Assembly (NCBI GenBank): GCA_035295705.1
Contig: DATGIN010000003.1
Span: 3,476 to 67,475 of the forward strand
Direction of reading: 5' to 3'
Length of the DNA stretch: 64,000 nucleotides
From: Caulobacteraceae bacterium
GTDB taxonomy: Bacteria; Pseudomonadota; Alphaproteobacteria; Caulobacterales; Caulobacteraceae
The translations under genes were made by a program, and so were the position numbers. Position 1 is the stretch's first letter; each line of letters opens with the position of its first letter. The notes beneath the pieces were generated by a model. It was not told the origin of the DNA and ran no database searches. It saw nothing but the letters and a program-made list of their open reading frames with translations. This document shows, piece by piece, positions 10,072-20,046 of this stretch.

Positions 10072-12138
10072 TTGCGTGTTGGGAGCGGCGTCCTCGTCGC
10101 CGCTGCGATGCTCTCCTGCGCGCCCGCCGCGATGGCCGCGCCTGGCGACCCCCTGCCCGCGCCCGCGCCACGCCCGGCGGCGCCCGCCACGGTCACCAGC
10201 TATCCCGCGAGCTTTTTCGCCGACATCCGGCCGAACACCGCGCTCGACATGATCAACGCGCTGCCGGGGTTTGCGCTTGACACCGGCGACCAGGTGCGCG
10301 GCTTCGGGGGCGCCGCGGGCAACGTCCTGATCGACGGCGACCGGCCCGCCACGAAGAACGACGTCCTGTCGGACATCCTGCAACGCATTCCGGCCAGCGC
10401 CGTCCTTCGTATCGACGTGATCCGCGGCGGCGCGCCCGGGATCGACATGCAGGGCAAGCCGGTCATCGCCAACATCGTCCGCAAGGCGAACGCCGGGCTC
10501 GAGGTGACCGCCGTCCTGCAAGGGATCTACCTGGCGAACGGCATCGCCGAGCCGACCGCGCGCATCGAGGCCACCAAGCAACTGGGACGCCTTTCGCTCG
10601 AAGGCTCGCTGCTGCATTCGACCGGCCCCGACGACGGGACAGGGGATGGCCTCCACGTCATCGAGGCGCCAGGCGGCGCGGTCACGCAGGCCGACATCGA
10701 GCGCTACTTCGGCTGGGCGATCACCGACAAGGCAACCGTCGCCGCGGAAGGCCCGCTCGATGGGGGAACCCTGCGGCTCGAGGGCTCGTTCGTCGCCAAT
10801 CCCTACTGGTCGCACAGCCATGACCTTTCGCCGCTGGCCGCCGCGCAACAGACGGAGCTTTTCAGCCAGGACCAGGACACGGGCGAGATCGGCGCGCGCT
10901 ACACGCGGCGCTATGGCGCCAGCACCGGGCTCGAGGTCTACGCCTTGCAACAGCTCAGCGGCTTCGACGAGCGCGACAACCTGGCTACGCCTTTCGACGA
11001 CACCCGGTTCAGCCTGACCAAGCGACAGGGCGAGAGCATCCTCCGCGCAACCGTCACCCGCGACATAGGCGGCAGGGTCACGATCCGCTCGGGCCTCGAA
11101 GGCGACTACAATTGGCTGGTCAGCCACACGCTGGAAACCGACCAGGGCGCCGCGGTGTTCGTGCCGGCCGCGAACGTCCAGGTCTCCGAGCTTCGCGGCG
11201 AGGCCTACAGCGACCTCACGTGGCGCGCACGGCCGGACCTCGTCGTCGAGGCGGGCTTGCGCGTCGAAGGATCGAAGCTGACCTCGCGCGGCGACGTGGT
11301 TGGCGAGGAGACGTTCGTGTTCGCCAAGCCGCGGCTGGTGTTGACCTGGTCGCCGGGCCCGACGCGGCAATTTGAGGTTCGCTTCGAGCGCGAGGTTTCG
11401 CAGCTGGATTTCGCCAACTTCGCGGCGCAGGGCTCGCTCGGGCAAGGCGAGCACGCCGGCAACCCGCAGCTCACGCCACAGCAGGACTGGGTCGTTGAGG
11501 CGACCTACGATCAGCGCTTCTGGACCGGTGGCGACGCCAGCCTGACCTTTCGCGACTACTGGTACGAGGACGTGATCGACTACGCGCCCGTCTGCCAGGG
11601 CTGCGGCGCGGCCAACGAGTTCGACGCACCGGCCAACATCGGCGCAGGAGAAAGGCGCGAGCTGGCGGCGAGCCTGACGCTTCCGACCGACAAGCTCGGC
11701 CTGCGAGGCGGCCAGCTGATCCTGCGCGGAACCTGGCGCTACTCCCGCGTCATCGATCCGAGCACCGGACGCGCCCGCGAGATCTCGGGGCTGCACCCAC
11801 TCGACGCGGAGGCGCACTTCACGCAAGGGCTGCCGCGGCTGCGTTCGACCTGGGGGTTCGACGTCTCGCCGCCCTGGCGCCAGGCGGAGTACCACTTCAA
11901 CGAGGTCGATGTGCAGACGCTAGGGCCGTGGCTGGACCTATGGTTCGAGTACAAGCCCCGCCCTGACCTAAGCCTGCGGCTCGAAGGCGACAATCTCCTT
12001 CGCCACGGCGTCGAGCAGGTCCGCCGGTTCTACGATCCGTTCCGCGACGTCGGCGGCGGCGCGCTCAGCGCCATAGACGATCGCAATCCGCACTTCGGGC
12101 AGGAGCTGATGTTCCGTATGCGGAAGACGTTCAGCTAG
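10072..12138 (+). CDS. TonB-dependent outer-membrane receptor
   Basis: Signal peptide, plug motifs (LPGF...NVLIDGDR, RIDVIRGG...VIANIV), amphipathic beta-strands, C-terminal aromatic (RKTFS); AAGGAG SD before TTG 10072. Confidence 0.85.
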   Translation: MRVGSGVLVAAAMLSCAPAAMAAPGDPLPAPAPRPAAPATVTSYPASFFADIRPNTALDMINALPGFALDTGDQVRGFGGAAGNVLIDGDRPATKNDVLSDILQRIPASAVLRIDVIRGGAPGIDMQGKPVIANIVRKANAGLEVTAVLQGIYLANGIAEPTARIEATKQLGRLSLEGSLLHSTGPDDGTGDGLHVIEAPGGAVTQADIERYFGWAITDKATVAAEGPLDGGTLRLEGSFVANPYWSHSHDLSPLAAAQQTELFSQDQDTGEIGARYTRRYGASTGLEVYALQQLSGFDERDNLATPFDDTRFSLTKRQGESILRATVTRDIGGRVTIRSGLEGDYNWLVSHTLETDQGAAVFVPAANVQVSELRGEAYSDLTWRARPDLVVEAGLRVEGSKLTSRGDVVGEETFVFAKPRLVLTWSPGPTRQFEVRFEREVSQLDFANFAAQGSLGQGEHAGNPQLTPQQDWVVEATYDQRFWTGGDASLTFRDYWYEDVIDYAPVCQGCGAANEFDAPANIGAGERRELAASLTLPTDKLGLRGGQLILRGTWRYSRVIDPSTGRAREISGLHPLDAEAHFTQGLPRLRSTWGFDVSPPWRQAEYHFNEVDVQTLGPWLDLWFEYKPRPDLSLRLEGDNLLRHGVEQVRRFYDPFRDVGGGALSAIDDRNPHFGQELMFRMRKTFS

Positions 12139-12148
12139 GACCGCGCAC

Positions 12149-13357
12149 TCAACGCAAAGCGGCGATCTGCACGCCCTGGCGGAAGTAGTCGTCGATCGCC
12201 GCCGCGACCTCGCCCATGAAGCGGTCGCGCTGGGCGGGATTGTTCAGCAGCCGCTCATCCTCGGGGTTGTTGATGTAGCCCATCTCGAGCAGGACAGCGG
12301 GCACGTCGGGGGCCAGCAGCACCATGAAGCCGGCGTCGCGGTGGCCCGAGTGCGCCTGCGCGCGATCGGCGATGTGGCCAAGCAGCGACTCCGCGAACGC
12401 GTCCGAACAATTCCGCGTCGCTCGCTGGGTGAGGTCGCGCAAAATCTGGTTCACCGCCGGGCTCTGGCCGCGCAGCTCGGCGCTCATCAGCCAGTTCGTG
12501 CGATCGGTGACGCCGTGCACGACGCGCTCGGAACCCTTGTCGGAAAGCGTGTAGACCGTCGCGCCGCGGATCCCGTTGGTCGGACCGGAATCCGAATGCA
12601 GCGATATGAACAGGTCGGCGTTCGCGCGGCGCGCGATCTCGACCCTGGTGGGCAACGGCACGTAGACGTCCGAACTGCGCGTCAGGACGACGCGGTACCG
12701 GCCGGTGGCCTCGAGCTTGGCCCGAAGGGCCCGCGCGGCTGTCAGGTTCACGTCCTTCTCGCGGCTGACCGCGCCGTGCGCCCCCGGGTCGCGGCCCCCG
12801 TGGCCCGGATCGATGACCACGACCTTGCGGGCGTGGGAGAGGAGAGCGCGCGTCGTGGCGAGGGGGTTGTGCGCAGCGCCTCTGGGCGCGTACGCAGCCG
12901 GCCGGGCGCCGGCGGCCCCGATCGGCTCGAGGTCGATGACATAGCGATACGTCGGCGCGCCATCGCCCGGCGGCAGCAGGAAGCGGCGGCGCACGGACGC
13001 AGGACGGGCGAGCGCGAGGCGCACCCGCGCCGCGCCGGCGGCGCTGTCGACGCTCCAGTGCGTGACCAGTCCGAGGCCGGCGCCGTGGAGATCGGTGTCG
13101 AGCGCCACGCCTGGCAGCGCCAGGATCACCGGCGTGCGCGGCGATCCGTCAGCGACGATGAGGCGACCCTTCGCGGACTGGTTGAGCTCGACCACGACAC
13201 GGGTCATCGCCGAATCGCCGCCCAGACGGACGCTCCGCACGTCCTGGCCCACGGTGGTGTTCTGCGAAGCGGCGGTCGCAAGGCAAAGCACCGCGCCAAA
13301 CGCCGCAGCCAGCCGCCCCCAAGCTGATCCAATCGCGCCGACAAGCCGCGCGGGCAT
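12149..13357 (-). CDS. amiC: N-acetylmuramoyl-L-alanine amidase (Amidase_3 with AMIN-like domain)
   Basis: VVIDPGHGGRDPGA, EKDVNL, FISLHSD, AVLLEMGY Zn ligands; conserved rne-amiC-pbp1A neighbourhood. Confidence 0.92.
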   Translation of the reverse strand: MPARLVGAIGSAWGRLAAAFGAVLCLATAASQNTTVGQDVRSVRLGGDSAMTRVVVELNQSAKGRLIVADGSPRTPVILALPGVALDTDLHGAGLGLVTHWSVDSAAGAARVRLALARPASVRRRFLLPPGDGAPTYRYVIDLEPIGAAGARPAAYAPRGAAHNPLATTRALLSHARKVVVIDPGHGGRDPGAHGAVSREKDVNLTAARALRAKLEATGRYRVVLTRSSDVYVPLPTRVEIARRANADLFISLHSDSGPTNGIRGATVYTLSDKGSERVVHGVTDRTNWLMSAELRGQSPAVNQILRDLTQRATRNCSDAFAESLLGHIADRAQAHSGHRDAGFMVLLAPDVPAVLLEMGYINNPEDERLLNNPAQRDRFMGEVAAAIDDYFRQGVQIAALR

Positions 13358-13771
13358 CTGAAAAAGCCCCCACGAAGACTGGGTCTTTGTTTAGTTCGAA
13401 AGGCTAGGTCTGTCCTGTAGCAATTCCGTTAACCGCCTTAACGAACCTAGCCTTTCTTTTCTCACGCGATTGTTGCAGAGTCGCCTGCGCCGGTCACGCG
13501 CGCCGAAATGCCGCGATTGACCCCCAGGCTCTCTCGCCGTCGCCTGCCCTGGCCCGTCCTCCCTCAAGAGCGATGCGCCGAACGCAGCGACAGCGAGGAC
13601 GCCACATATATGTACGTCCGCGCCCATCCCCGGGCGCGATTTGGACAGAGAATCCCATGGGCAGCGTCGCTCACCCCTCCAGGCGGCCGGTCATCCCCGG
13701 TTACGCAGCGCGCTCCCTGTTGCACATCGGGCCCCCGGCCAACGCCGGCGCGCGCCCCGGAGACATCATTA

Positions 13772-16222
13772 ATGCCGAAGAGAATGCTGATCGACGCCGC
13801 ACACGCCGAAGAGACGCGTGTGGTCGTCGTGGACGGAGCGCGGATTGACGATTTCGATTTCGAAGCGCAGGCCAGGAAACAGCTCCGCGGAAACATCTAC
13901 CTCGCCAAGGTCACGCGGGTAGAGCCCAGCCTGCAGGCCGCCTTCATCGACTATGGCGGCAACCGGCACGGGTTCCTGGCCTTCAACGAAATCCACCCCG
14001 ACTACTACCAGATCCCGCTGGCCGATCGCGAAGCGCTGCTGCGCGAGGAGGCGGAGGAGGCCGACGGCGACGCGGCCGTCGCGCGCGGGGGTGACGACGA
14101 CGCCGAAGAGGACGACGCCGACGACGACGTGATCAGCGAGGAAGCGGCCCGTCGCCGCCGCCGCATCGCCCGCCGCTACAAGATCCAGGAAGTCATCAAG
14201 CGCCGGCAGATCATGCTGGTGCAGGTCGTGAAGGAAGAGCGGGGCACCAAGGGCGCGGCGCTGACCACCTATCTCTCGCTCGCCGGCCGCTACGGCGTCC
14301 TGATGCCCAACACCGCCCGCGGCGGAGGGGTCAGCCGCAAGATCACCGCCGCGAGCGACCGCAAGCGGCTGAAGACCCTGGTCGCGGAGCTGGGCGTGCC
14401 CGAGGGCATGGGCCTGATCGTTCGGACCGCCGGCGCGAAACGCACCAAGGCCGAGATCAAGCGCGACTACGAGTACCTGATGCGGCAGTGGGAGAACATC
14501 CGCGACCTGACCCTCCATTCGATCGCGCCGGCGCTGATCTACGAGGAGGAGGACCTGGTCAAACGCGCCATCCGCGACATGTTCGACAAGGACATCGACA
14601 GCGTCGTCGTCGAGGGCGATGCGAGCTTCCGCGAAGCGCGCGACTTCATGCGCATGCTGATGCCGAGCCAGGCGAAGAAGATCCAGCGATACGACGAGCC
14701 CTTGCCGCTGTTCGCGCAGGCGAAGGTCGAGGAGCAGCTGGCGCAGATCTATTCGCCGGTCGTACCGCTCAAGTCGGGCGGCTACCTGGTAATAAACCAG
14801 ACCGAGGCTCTGGTGGCCGTCGACGTGAACTCCGGGCGCTCGACGCGCGAACGCAACATCGAAGCCACGGCGCTGAAGACCAACCTCGAAGCGGCCGAGG
14901 AGGCCGCACGACAGCTGCGGCTGCGCGACCTCGCCGGGCTCATCGTGATCGACTTCATCGACATGGATGAGGCCAAGAACAACCGTGCGGTCGAGAAGCG
15001 GCTCAAGGAAGCGCTGGCCGACGATCGCGCCCGCGTGCAGATGGGCAAGATCTCCGGCTTTGGCCTGATGGAGATAAGCCGCCAGCGCCGGCGGACCGGC
15101 GTGCTCGAGGGCACCACGCACGTCTGCGAGCACTGCATGGGCACGGGCAGGGTCCGGTCCACCGAATCGAGCGCGCTGGCGGCCCTGCGGGCGGTCGAGT
15201 TGGAGGCGGTGCGCAACGGCGGCGGCGCGGTCACCTTGCGGGCGCCGACGGGCGTGGCGCTTTATCTGTTGAACGAGAAACGGGCGCACCTGGAGCGCCT
15301 GCACACCGCGCAGGGCCTGGACGTGACCGTCGTCGTCGACGACAGCCTCGCCCATGCCGAGTTCGCCGTCGATCGCACGGAGGCGCGGGGCCATGAGACC
15401 CAGCCCTCGCCGGTCGGCCGCTATCAGGTCGATGAGGATGTCGAGGTCGCCGACGAGGCGGAGATCGAGGCCGAGGACGTCGACGACGATGAGCCGCGCG
15501 CGCGCATCGAGACCCGCGACGACGAGGATGGCGAGGGCCAACGGCGCGGCCGCCGCCGCCGACGCCGCCGCGGCGGCCGGCGGGACGACGATGGCGAGGC
15601 GGTTGCGTCGCATGCCGCCGCCCGGCCACGCGAGGACGACGATCGGGAGACGACGGACCAGCATGATGACGGCCAGGGGCAGCGGCGGCGTCGGCGCGGC
15701 CGCCGCGGAGGCCGGCGCATCAGGGAGGAACTGAGCGCCGACGAGCCCTACGTTTGGCATCGGCCGCGCGTGCCGGAAGGCGACCCTTACATCTGGATGG
15801 AGCCCGGCCAGCCGGTCACGCCGCAAACGGCGTCCGCGGCCCCCCTCGCCCCCGTGGTTGCAGAAGCGGCACCGCCGTCGCAGACCCTCGCCGCCGAGGC
15901 GCCGCCGCCCGAGGCCGAAATCTGGGTCGAGCTGCCGGCCGAGCCCGAGCCAGCGCCGAAGCCGGCCCGCCGGCGCAGCCGGAGCAAGGCGAAAGACGCT
16001 GAATTGGCCGCCGACGAGCCGGCCGCCGCGGCGCCCGTCGAGGCGGCGCCGGCCCCCGAGCACGTGGCCGCGGCGCCCTCCCCGCCTCCGCAGCCCGAGG
16101 CCGCCGAGTCCGAGCCGGCGCCGGCGCTTGCCGAGCCGCCGGCGCTCGCCGTCGTCGACGCGGCCGAGATCTCCAGCCCCCCCGCCGCGCCCCGCCGGGG
16201 CTGGTGGCGCCGCAGCGGTTGA
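13772..16222 (+). CDS. rne: Ribonuclease E
   Basis: MLIDAAHAEETRV, GNIYLAKVTRVEPSLQAAF, DVNSG, VIDFIDM, CEHC Zn link; long acidic/Arg-rich disordered C-terminus ending GWW. Confidence 0.97.
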   Translation: MPKRMLIDAAHAEETRVVVVDGARIDDFDFEAQARKQLRGNIYLAKVTRVEPSLQAAFIDYGGNRHGFLAFNEIHPDYYQIPLADREALLREEAEEADGDAAVARGGDDDAEEDDADDDVISEEAARRRRRIARRYKIQEVIKRRQIMLVQVVKEERGTKGAALTTYLSLAGRYGVLMPNTARGGGVSRKITAASDRKRLKTLVAELGVPEGMGLIVRTAGAKRTKAEIKRDYEYLMRQWENIRDLTLHSIAPALIYEEEDLVKRAIRDMFDKDIDSVVVEGDASFREARDFMRMLMPSQAKKIQRYDEPLPLFAQAKVEEQLAQIYSPVVPLKSGGYLVINQTEALVAVDVNSGRSTRERNIEATALKTNLEAAEEAARQLRLRDLAGLIVIDFIDMDEAKNNRAVEKRLKEALADDRARVQMGKISGFGLMEISRQRRRTGVLEGTTHVCEHCMGTGRVRSTESSALAALRAVELEAVRNGGGAVTLRAPTGVALYLLNEKRAHLERLHTAQGLDVTVVVDDSLAHAEFAVDRTEARGHETQPSPVGRYQVDEDVEVADEAEIEAEDVDDDEPRARIETRDDEDGEGQRRGRRRRRRRGGRRDDDGEAVASHAAARPREDDDRETTDQHDDGQGQRRRRRGRRGGRRIREELSADEPYVWHRPRVPEGDPYIWMEPGQPVTPQTASAAPLAPVVAEAAPPSQTLAAEAPPPEAEIWVELPAEPEPAPKPARRRSRSKAKDAELAADEPAAAAPVEAAPAPEHVAAAPSPPPQPEAAESEPAPALAEPPALAVVDAAEISSPPAAPRRGWWRRSG

Positions 16223-16298
16223 GACATCGCCGGCGCTGTGCGCTAGGGTGGCCGCCGCTGGGCCGGGTTAACGCGCGAACGACCGTGGAGGCTTTCGC

Positions 16299-17738
16299 AT
16301 GAGCAATCGGCCCTCGCGCCGACCCGGCCGCAAAGCGCTCGCCGCCGCCATCGGCGCGGCCGCCCTGGTCGGCGCCGCGCTGTCGCCGACCGCGCCCGTG
16401 ATCGCCCAGGAGCAGGGCAGCCCCACCCAGGGGCTGATCAGCGACACCGAGATGGACGAGATCGTGCGCCAGGACACGGACCCGATCTATCGCGCCGCCG
16501 ATCTCAATCCGAAGTCGGTCAGGGTCTACATCGTGGGCGACATCACGCAGGAGGGGATGAACTCCTTCGTGACCGGCGGCCAGAACATGTTCGTCACCGG
16601 CGGGCTCATCCTGGCGGCGAAGACGCCAAACCAGCTGATCGGCGTGTTTGCGCACGAGACAGGGCACATGGCCGGCGGCCACCTCATCCGCGAGCAAGAG
16701 GGCGAGCGCCAGTCGCTGGCGACCTACCTCCTGACGCTTGGGCTCGGCATCGCGGCGGCGGCGGCCGGCGCCCCCGACGCCGGCGGCGCGCTCATGTACT
16801 CCGCCGGCGAGTTCGCCTACCTGACCCAGGCTGGCTTCACCCGCACGCAGGAAGCGTCGGCCGACCAGGCCGCGATCACCTACCTCGAGAAGTCCGGGCA
16901 GTCGGCGCGCGGGCTGCTCGAGTTCTTCGAGAACTTCCGCTACGAGGAGGTGTTCTCCGAGGCCAAGCGCTATCGCTACTTCGACGACCACCCGCTGACC
17001 GACGACCGCATCGAGGCGTTGCGCACCCGCGCCCAACAACAGGCGCACTGGAGTGAAACCGACACCCCCGAAGCGATCGAGCGGCACCAGATCCTGCAGG
17101 CCAAGATCCGCGCGTACCTCGAGCAGCCGGACGAGGTTCTGACCGACTACCCGCAGACCAGCACGAGCTTTGCGGCGCGCTACGCCCGCGCCATCGCCTA
17201 CGCGCGCATGTTCGAGGTCGACAAGGCTTCGAAGCTGCTCGACATCCTCTCCGCCGAGCGACCCAACGATCCCTACATCTATCAGGTCAAGGGGCAGATG
17301 TTCTTCGACGCGGGGCGTCCGGCGGACGCGGAAGCGCCGCTGCGCAAGGCGGTGCAGATGAAGCCCACGGCGCCGGAGCTCTTGATCCTGCTGGGGCAGA
17401 CCCTGATCGCGGAGAACAACCCGGCCAAGCTCGACGAGGCGATACTGAGCCTGAAGAAGGGCGTGGCTGTCGACCCCGACGGCCAGTTCACCCCGTTCGG
17501 CTGGCTCTACCTGTCGCAGGCTTACGATGCGAAGGGGCAGGAAGGCCTGGCCAGGCTTGCCGCAGCGGAAGAGAACTTCGCGCTCGGCCAGGCGGCCGAC
17601 GCCAAGATGTTCGCCATGCGGGCGCGCATGGTGCTGCCGAAGGGCACCCCGGAGTGGCGGCGCGCGACCGATATCGTTCTGGTGTCGAAGCCGACCAAGG
17701 AAGACCTGCATCTGCTCGCCCAGCAGGGCGGCGCCTGA
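16299..17738 (+). CDS. M48 metalloprotease with TPR repeats (BepA/YfgC-like)
   Basis: HETGH (HExxH), QEASADQ, DHP motif, TPR C-terminus, signal peptide. Confidence 0.88.
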   Translation: MSNRPSRRPGRKALAAAIGAAALVGAALSPTAPVIAQEQGSPTQGLISDTEMDEIVRQDTDPIYRAADLNPKSVRVYIVGDITQEGMNSFVTGGQNMFVTGGLILAAKTPNQLIGVFAHETGHMAGGHLIREQEGERQSLATYLLTLGLGIAAAAAGAPDAGGALMYSAGEFAYLTQAGFTRTQEASADQAAITYLEKSGQSARGLLEFFENFRYEEVFSEAKRYRYFDDHPLTDDRIEALRTRAQQQAHWSETDTPEAIERHQILQAKIRAYLEQPDEVLTDYPQTSTSFAARYARAIAYARMFEVDKASKLLDILSAERPNDPYIYQVKGQMFFDAGRPADAEAPLRKAVQMKPTAPELLILLGQTLIAENNPAKLDEAILSLKKGVAVDPDGQFTPFGWLYLSQAYDAKGQEGLARLAAAEENFALGQAADAKMFAMRARMVLPKGTPEWRRATDIVLVSKPTKEDLHLLAQQGGA

Positions 17739-17794
17739 AAAGGAAGGGACGGCTCGCAAGGCAGCCGCCGCCTCGAGGAGATCCGAGTTTCGTG

Positions 17795-18511
17795 ATGAAC
17801 GTCCCCCGCCGCCTCATGGCGCTCGCCGCACTTGCCGTTCTGCTTAGCGCCTGCAGCAAATCCGATGCATCGTTCGACGCCAAGGTGCACGATTACATCC
17901 TGGCGCACCCCGAGGTGATCCAGCAGGCGATCGCCAAGCTTCAGGCGCAGCAGGACCAGCAGGCGGCGCAGCAGGCCAAGCTGGCGATCGCGCAGAACCG
18001 GCAGAGCCTGGAGCGCGATCCGCGCGACTACGTCGCCAATCCGAACGGCCGCATCACGGTGACCGAGTTCTATGACTATCGGTGCCCGCACTGCATCAAC
18101 GCCGCCCCGGCGGTATTGAAGATCATCCACGACCACTCGGATGTGCGGTTCGTGTTCAAGGAGTTTCCGATCTTCGGCGACATCTCCGAGCATGCCGCCG
18201 CCGGCGCGATCCAGCTGAAAAAGCAAGGGGGCGACGTGGTCTCGCTCTACAGCGACTTCATGAACACCCATCCGTTGGACGACGCCGCCATCGACCGCAT
18301 CCTGCGCGCGCATGGCGTCGACCCGGCGACGCTGGACAAGCCGGACGTCCACGCCCAGACGCAAGCGCAACTGCTGGCGGTGCGCAAGCTTGCGATCGAC
18401 CTCGGCATCGAGGGCACGCCCGCCTTCATCGTCGGCGACACCCTCATCCCCGGCGACGACACCGACGCGATCAACGCCGCCATCAACCAGGCCCGCGCCC
18501 GCGCCGGCTGA
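17795..18511 (+). CDS. DsbA-family thiol-disulfide oxidoreductase lipoprotein
   Basis: Lipobox LSAC, EFYDYRCPHC, FKEFPIF, GTPAF cis-Pro loop. Confidence 0.9.
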   Translation: MNVPRRLMALAALAVLLSACSKSDASFDAKVHDYILAHPEVIQQAIAKLQAQQDQQAAQQAKLAIAQNRQSLERDPRDYVANPNGRITVTEFYDYRCPHCINAAPAVLKIIHDHSDVRFVFKEFPIFGDISEHAAAGAIQLKKQGGDVVSLYSDFMNTHPLDDAAIDRILRAHGVDPATLDKPDVHAQTQAQLLAVRKLAIDLGIEGTPAFIVGDTLIPGDDTDAINAAINQARARAG

Positions 18512-18526
18512 GCCGATCCGGCGACC

Positions 18527-18595
18527 TTGACTGACATGGTGCGGCGCACCATATGAGCCGCAAGAATGCTGCGTCGCACCATTGGCGGCGCAGCG
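18527..18595 (+). promoter_or_regulatory. Promoter with tandem PhaR/AniA-like boxes
   Basis: TTGACT at 18527; TGCGGCGCACCA (18540-18551) and TGCGTCGCACCA (18570-18581) exactly 30 bp apart; degenerate third copy GGCGGCGCAGCG (18584-18595). Confidence 0.5.
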
Positions 18596-18612
18596 GGATT
18601 GGAGGCCCTGTC

Positions 18613-18720
18613 ATGTTCAATCGTCTGATCCAGTGGATCGATGAAGCCTTCGCAGAGGGCTTCGAGCTCGTCGGCCGGCTGCCGCCTCAGGCGCTCCGTC
18701 CCGGCGCATACCCGTTCTGA
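18613..18720 (+). CDS. Small protein, 35 aa: MFNRLIQWIDEAFAEGFELVGRLPPQALRPGAYPF
   Basis: GGAGG SD 7 nt before ATG, own promoter upstream and hairpin terminator directly after TGA; below the ORF-track size cut-off. Confidence 0.6.
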   Translation: MFNRLIQWIDEAFAEGFELVGRLPPQALRPGAYPF

Positions 18721-18724
18721 CGCC

Positions 18725-18756
18725 GAAAGCGGCGCGCCCCGAGGCGCGCCGCTTTC
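18725..18756. terminator. Bidirectional hairpin terminator between the small ORF and thiG
   Basis: GAAAGCGGCGCGCC-ccga-GGCGCGCCGCTTTC, perfect 14-bp stem between convergent genes. Confidence 0.75.
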
Positions 18757-18784
18757 GCGAGCACACCCGCCAAACCGATCGGGG

Positions 18785-19591
18785 TCAAATCAGGCCCGCC
18801 AGCGGCGAGGAGGGGTCCGCGTACGTCCGCTTGGCCATGCGCCCGGCAAGGTAGGCTTCCCGGCCGGCGATCACCGCGTGCTTCATCGCGCGGGCCATCC
18901 GCACCGGGTCCTTGGCCTCGGCGATCGCGGTATTGGTCAGGACCGCATCACAACCGAGCTCCATCGCCTCGACCGCATCGGCGGCCGCCCCGACGCCGGC
19001 ATCGACCAGCACCGGCACGGTCGATTGCTCGACGATCAGGCGGATGTTGAGCGGGTTCTGCAGGCCGAGACCCGACCCGATCGGCGCACCGGCCGGCATG
19101 ATCGCCGCGGCGCCAGCGTCCTCGAGCTTGCGGCAGAACACCGGATCGTCGGTGCAATAGGCCATCACCGAGAATCCATCGGCGACCAGGAGCTCGAGCG
19201 CGCGCAGCGTCTCCACCATGTCGGGGTAGAGGTGCCTGGTGTTTGACAGCACCTCGAGCTTGACGAGGTCCCAGCCGCCGGCTTCGCGGGCCAGTCTCAG
19301 CGTGCGGACGGCGTCCTCGGCCGTGAAGCAACCGGCCGTGTTCGGCAGGTAGGTGAAGCGGTCGGGTTTGACGTGGTCGACCAGCATCGGCTGGCTGGGG
19401 TCGCTCAGATTGACCCGGCGGAGCGCGACGGTAACGATTTCGGCGCCGGCGGCCTCCGCCGCGGCGGCGTTCAGCGCGTAGTCCTTGTACTTGCCGGTTC
19501 CGACGATCAGGCGCGAGTGGAACACGCGTCCGGCGAGCGTCCAGACGTCCTCTTCGACATTGGCCTCGGGCCTCAGCGCGACTTCGTTCAT
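18785..19591 (-). CDS. thiG: Thiazole synthase
   Basis: [38 protein letters not shown]. Confidence 0.96.
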   Translation of the reverse strand: MNEVALRPEANVEEDVWTLAGRVFHSRLIVGTGKYKDYALNAAAAEAAGAEIVTVALRRVNLSDPSQPMLVDHVKPDRFTYLPNTAGCFTAEDAVRTLRLAREAGGWDLVKLEVLSNTRHLYPDMVETLRALELLVADGFSVMAYCTDDPVFCRKLEDAGAAAIMPAGAPIGSGLGLQNPLNIRLIVEQSTVPVLVDAGVGAAADAVEAMELGCDAVLTNTAIAEAKDPVRMARAMKHAVIAGREAYLAGRMAKRTYADPSSPLAGLI

Positions 19592-19597
19592 GCGGCG

Positions 19598-19798
19598 TCA
19601 TCCGCCTCCAATGAAATGCACGATTTCGATCCGGTCACCGTCGGCGATCGGCGCCTGGCGATAGGTCGACCGCGGCACGATCTGGAGGTTTCTCTCCACC
19701 GCGACCTTGCGCACGTCGAGGCCGAGGCAGGCGATCAGGCCGGCCACGGTCGCGATCCCGGAAAACGCCCGTTCCTCGCCGTTGACGGTCAGTCGCAT
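19598..19798 (-). CDS. thiS: Sulfur carrier protein ThiS
   Basis: 66 aa, LTVNGE...VAVERN...IEIVHFIGGG C-terminus; upstream of thiG. Confidence 0.95.
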   Translation of the reverse strand: MRLTVNGEERAFSGIATVAGLIACLGLDVRKVAVERNLQIVPRSTYRQAPIADGDRIEIVHFIGGG

Positions 19799-19801
19799 GC
19801 C

Positions 19802-19906
19802 TCTCCCTTCGCCGGCATGACCCGGATCAGGTCCAGCGGGTCGCCGCGCCGAAAATGCGGCCTCTCAGCCCCTTTGCGCAAAAAGCGGCGGGACTCCCCG
19901 GAGAAT
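19802..19906 (-). ncRNA. TPP (thi-box) riboswitch upstream of thiS-thiG
   Basis: Minus strand GGGG...GCTGAGA...GACCCG-ctg-GACCTGATC-c-GG-g-TCATGCC-g-GCG-a-AGGGA matches the THI consensus; P1 3' arm GGGAGAG is the thiS SD. Confidence 0.93.
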
Positions 19907-20046
19907 GGCGCGGACCTTAGGACCCACGGCCGCCGGGTCAAGCGGCGAGATGGCGCGGGGCGTCAGCTTGTTCGCCGCGGCAGGCGACGATAGAAGACGC
20001 GGCGCGCGAAACGCCTGAAGCAGGCGAGCCTCTCAGCCGGGAGCCG

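Noticed and set aside
13429-13442. TTAA-CCGCC-TTAAC upstream of amiC as a CtrA box
   Set aside because: Spacing is 5 nt, not the canonical 7; it may be two half-sites but is not supportable.
15440-16222. Poly-Arg, acidic and Pro/Ala-rich tracts in rne
   Set aside because: Normal disordered C-terminal scaffold of RNase E.
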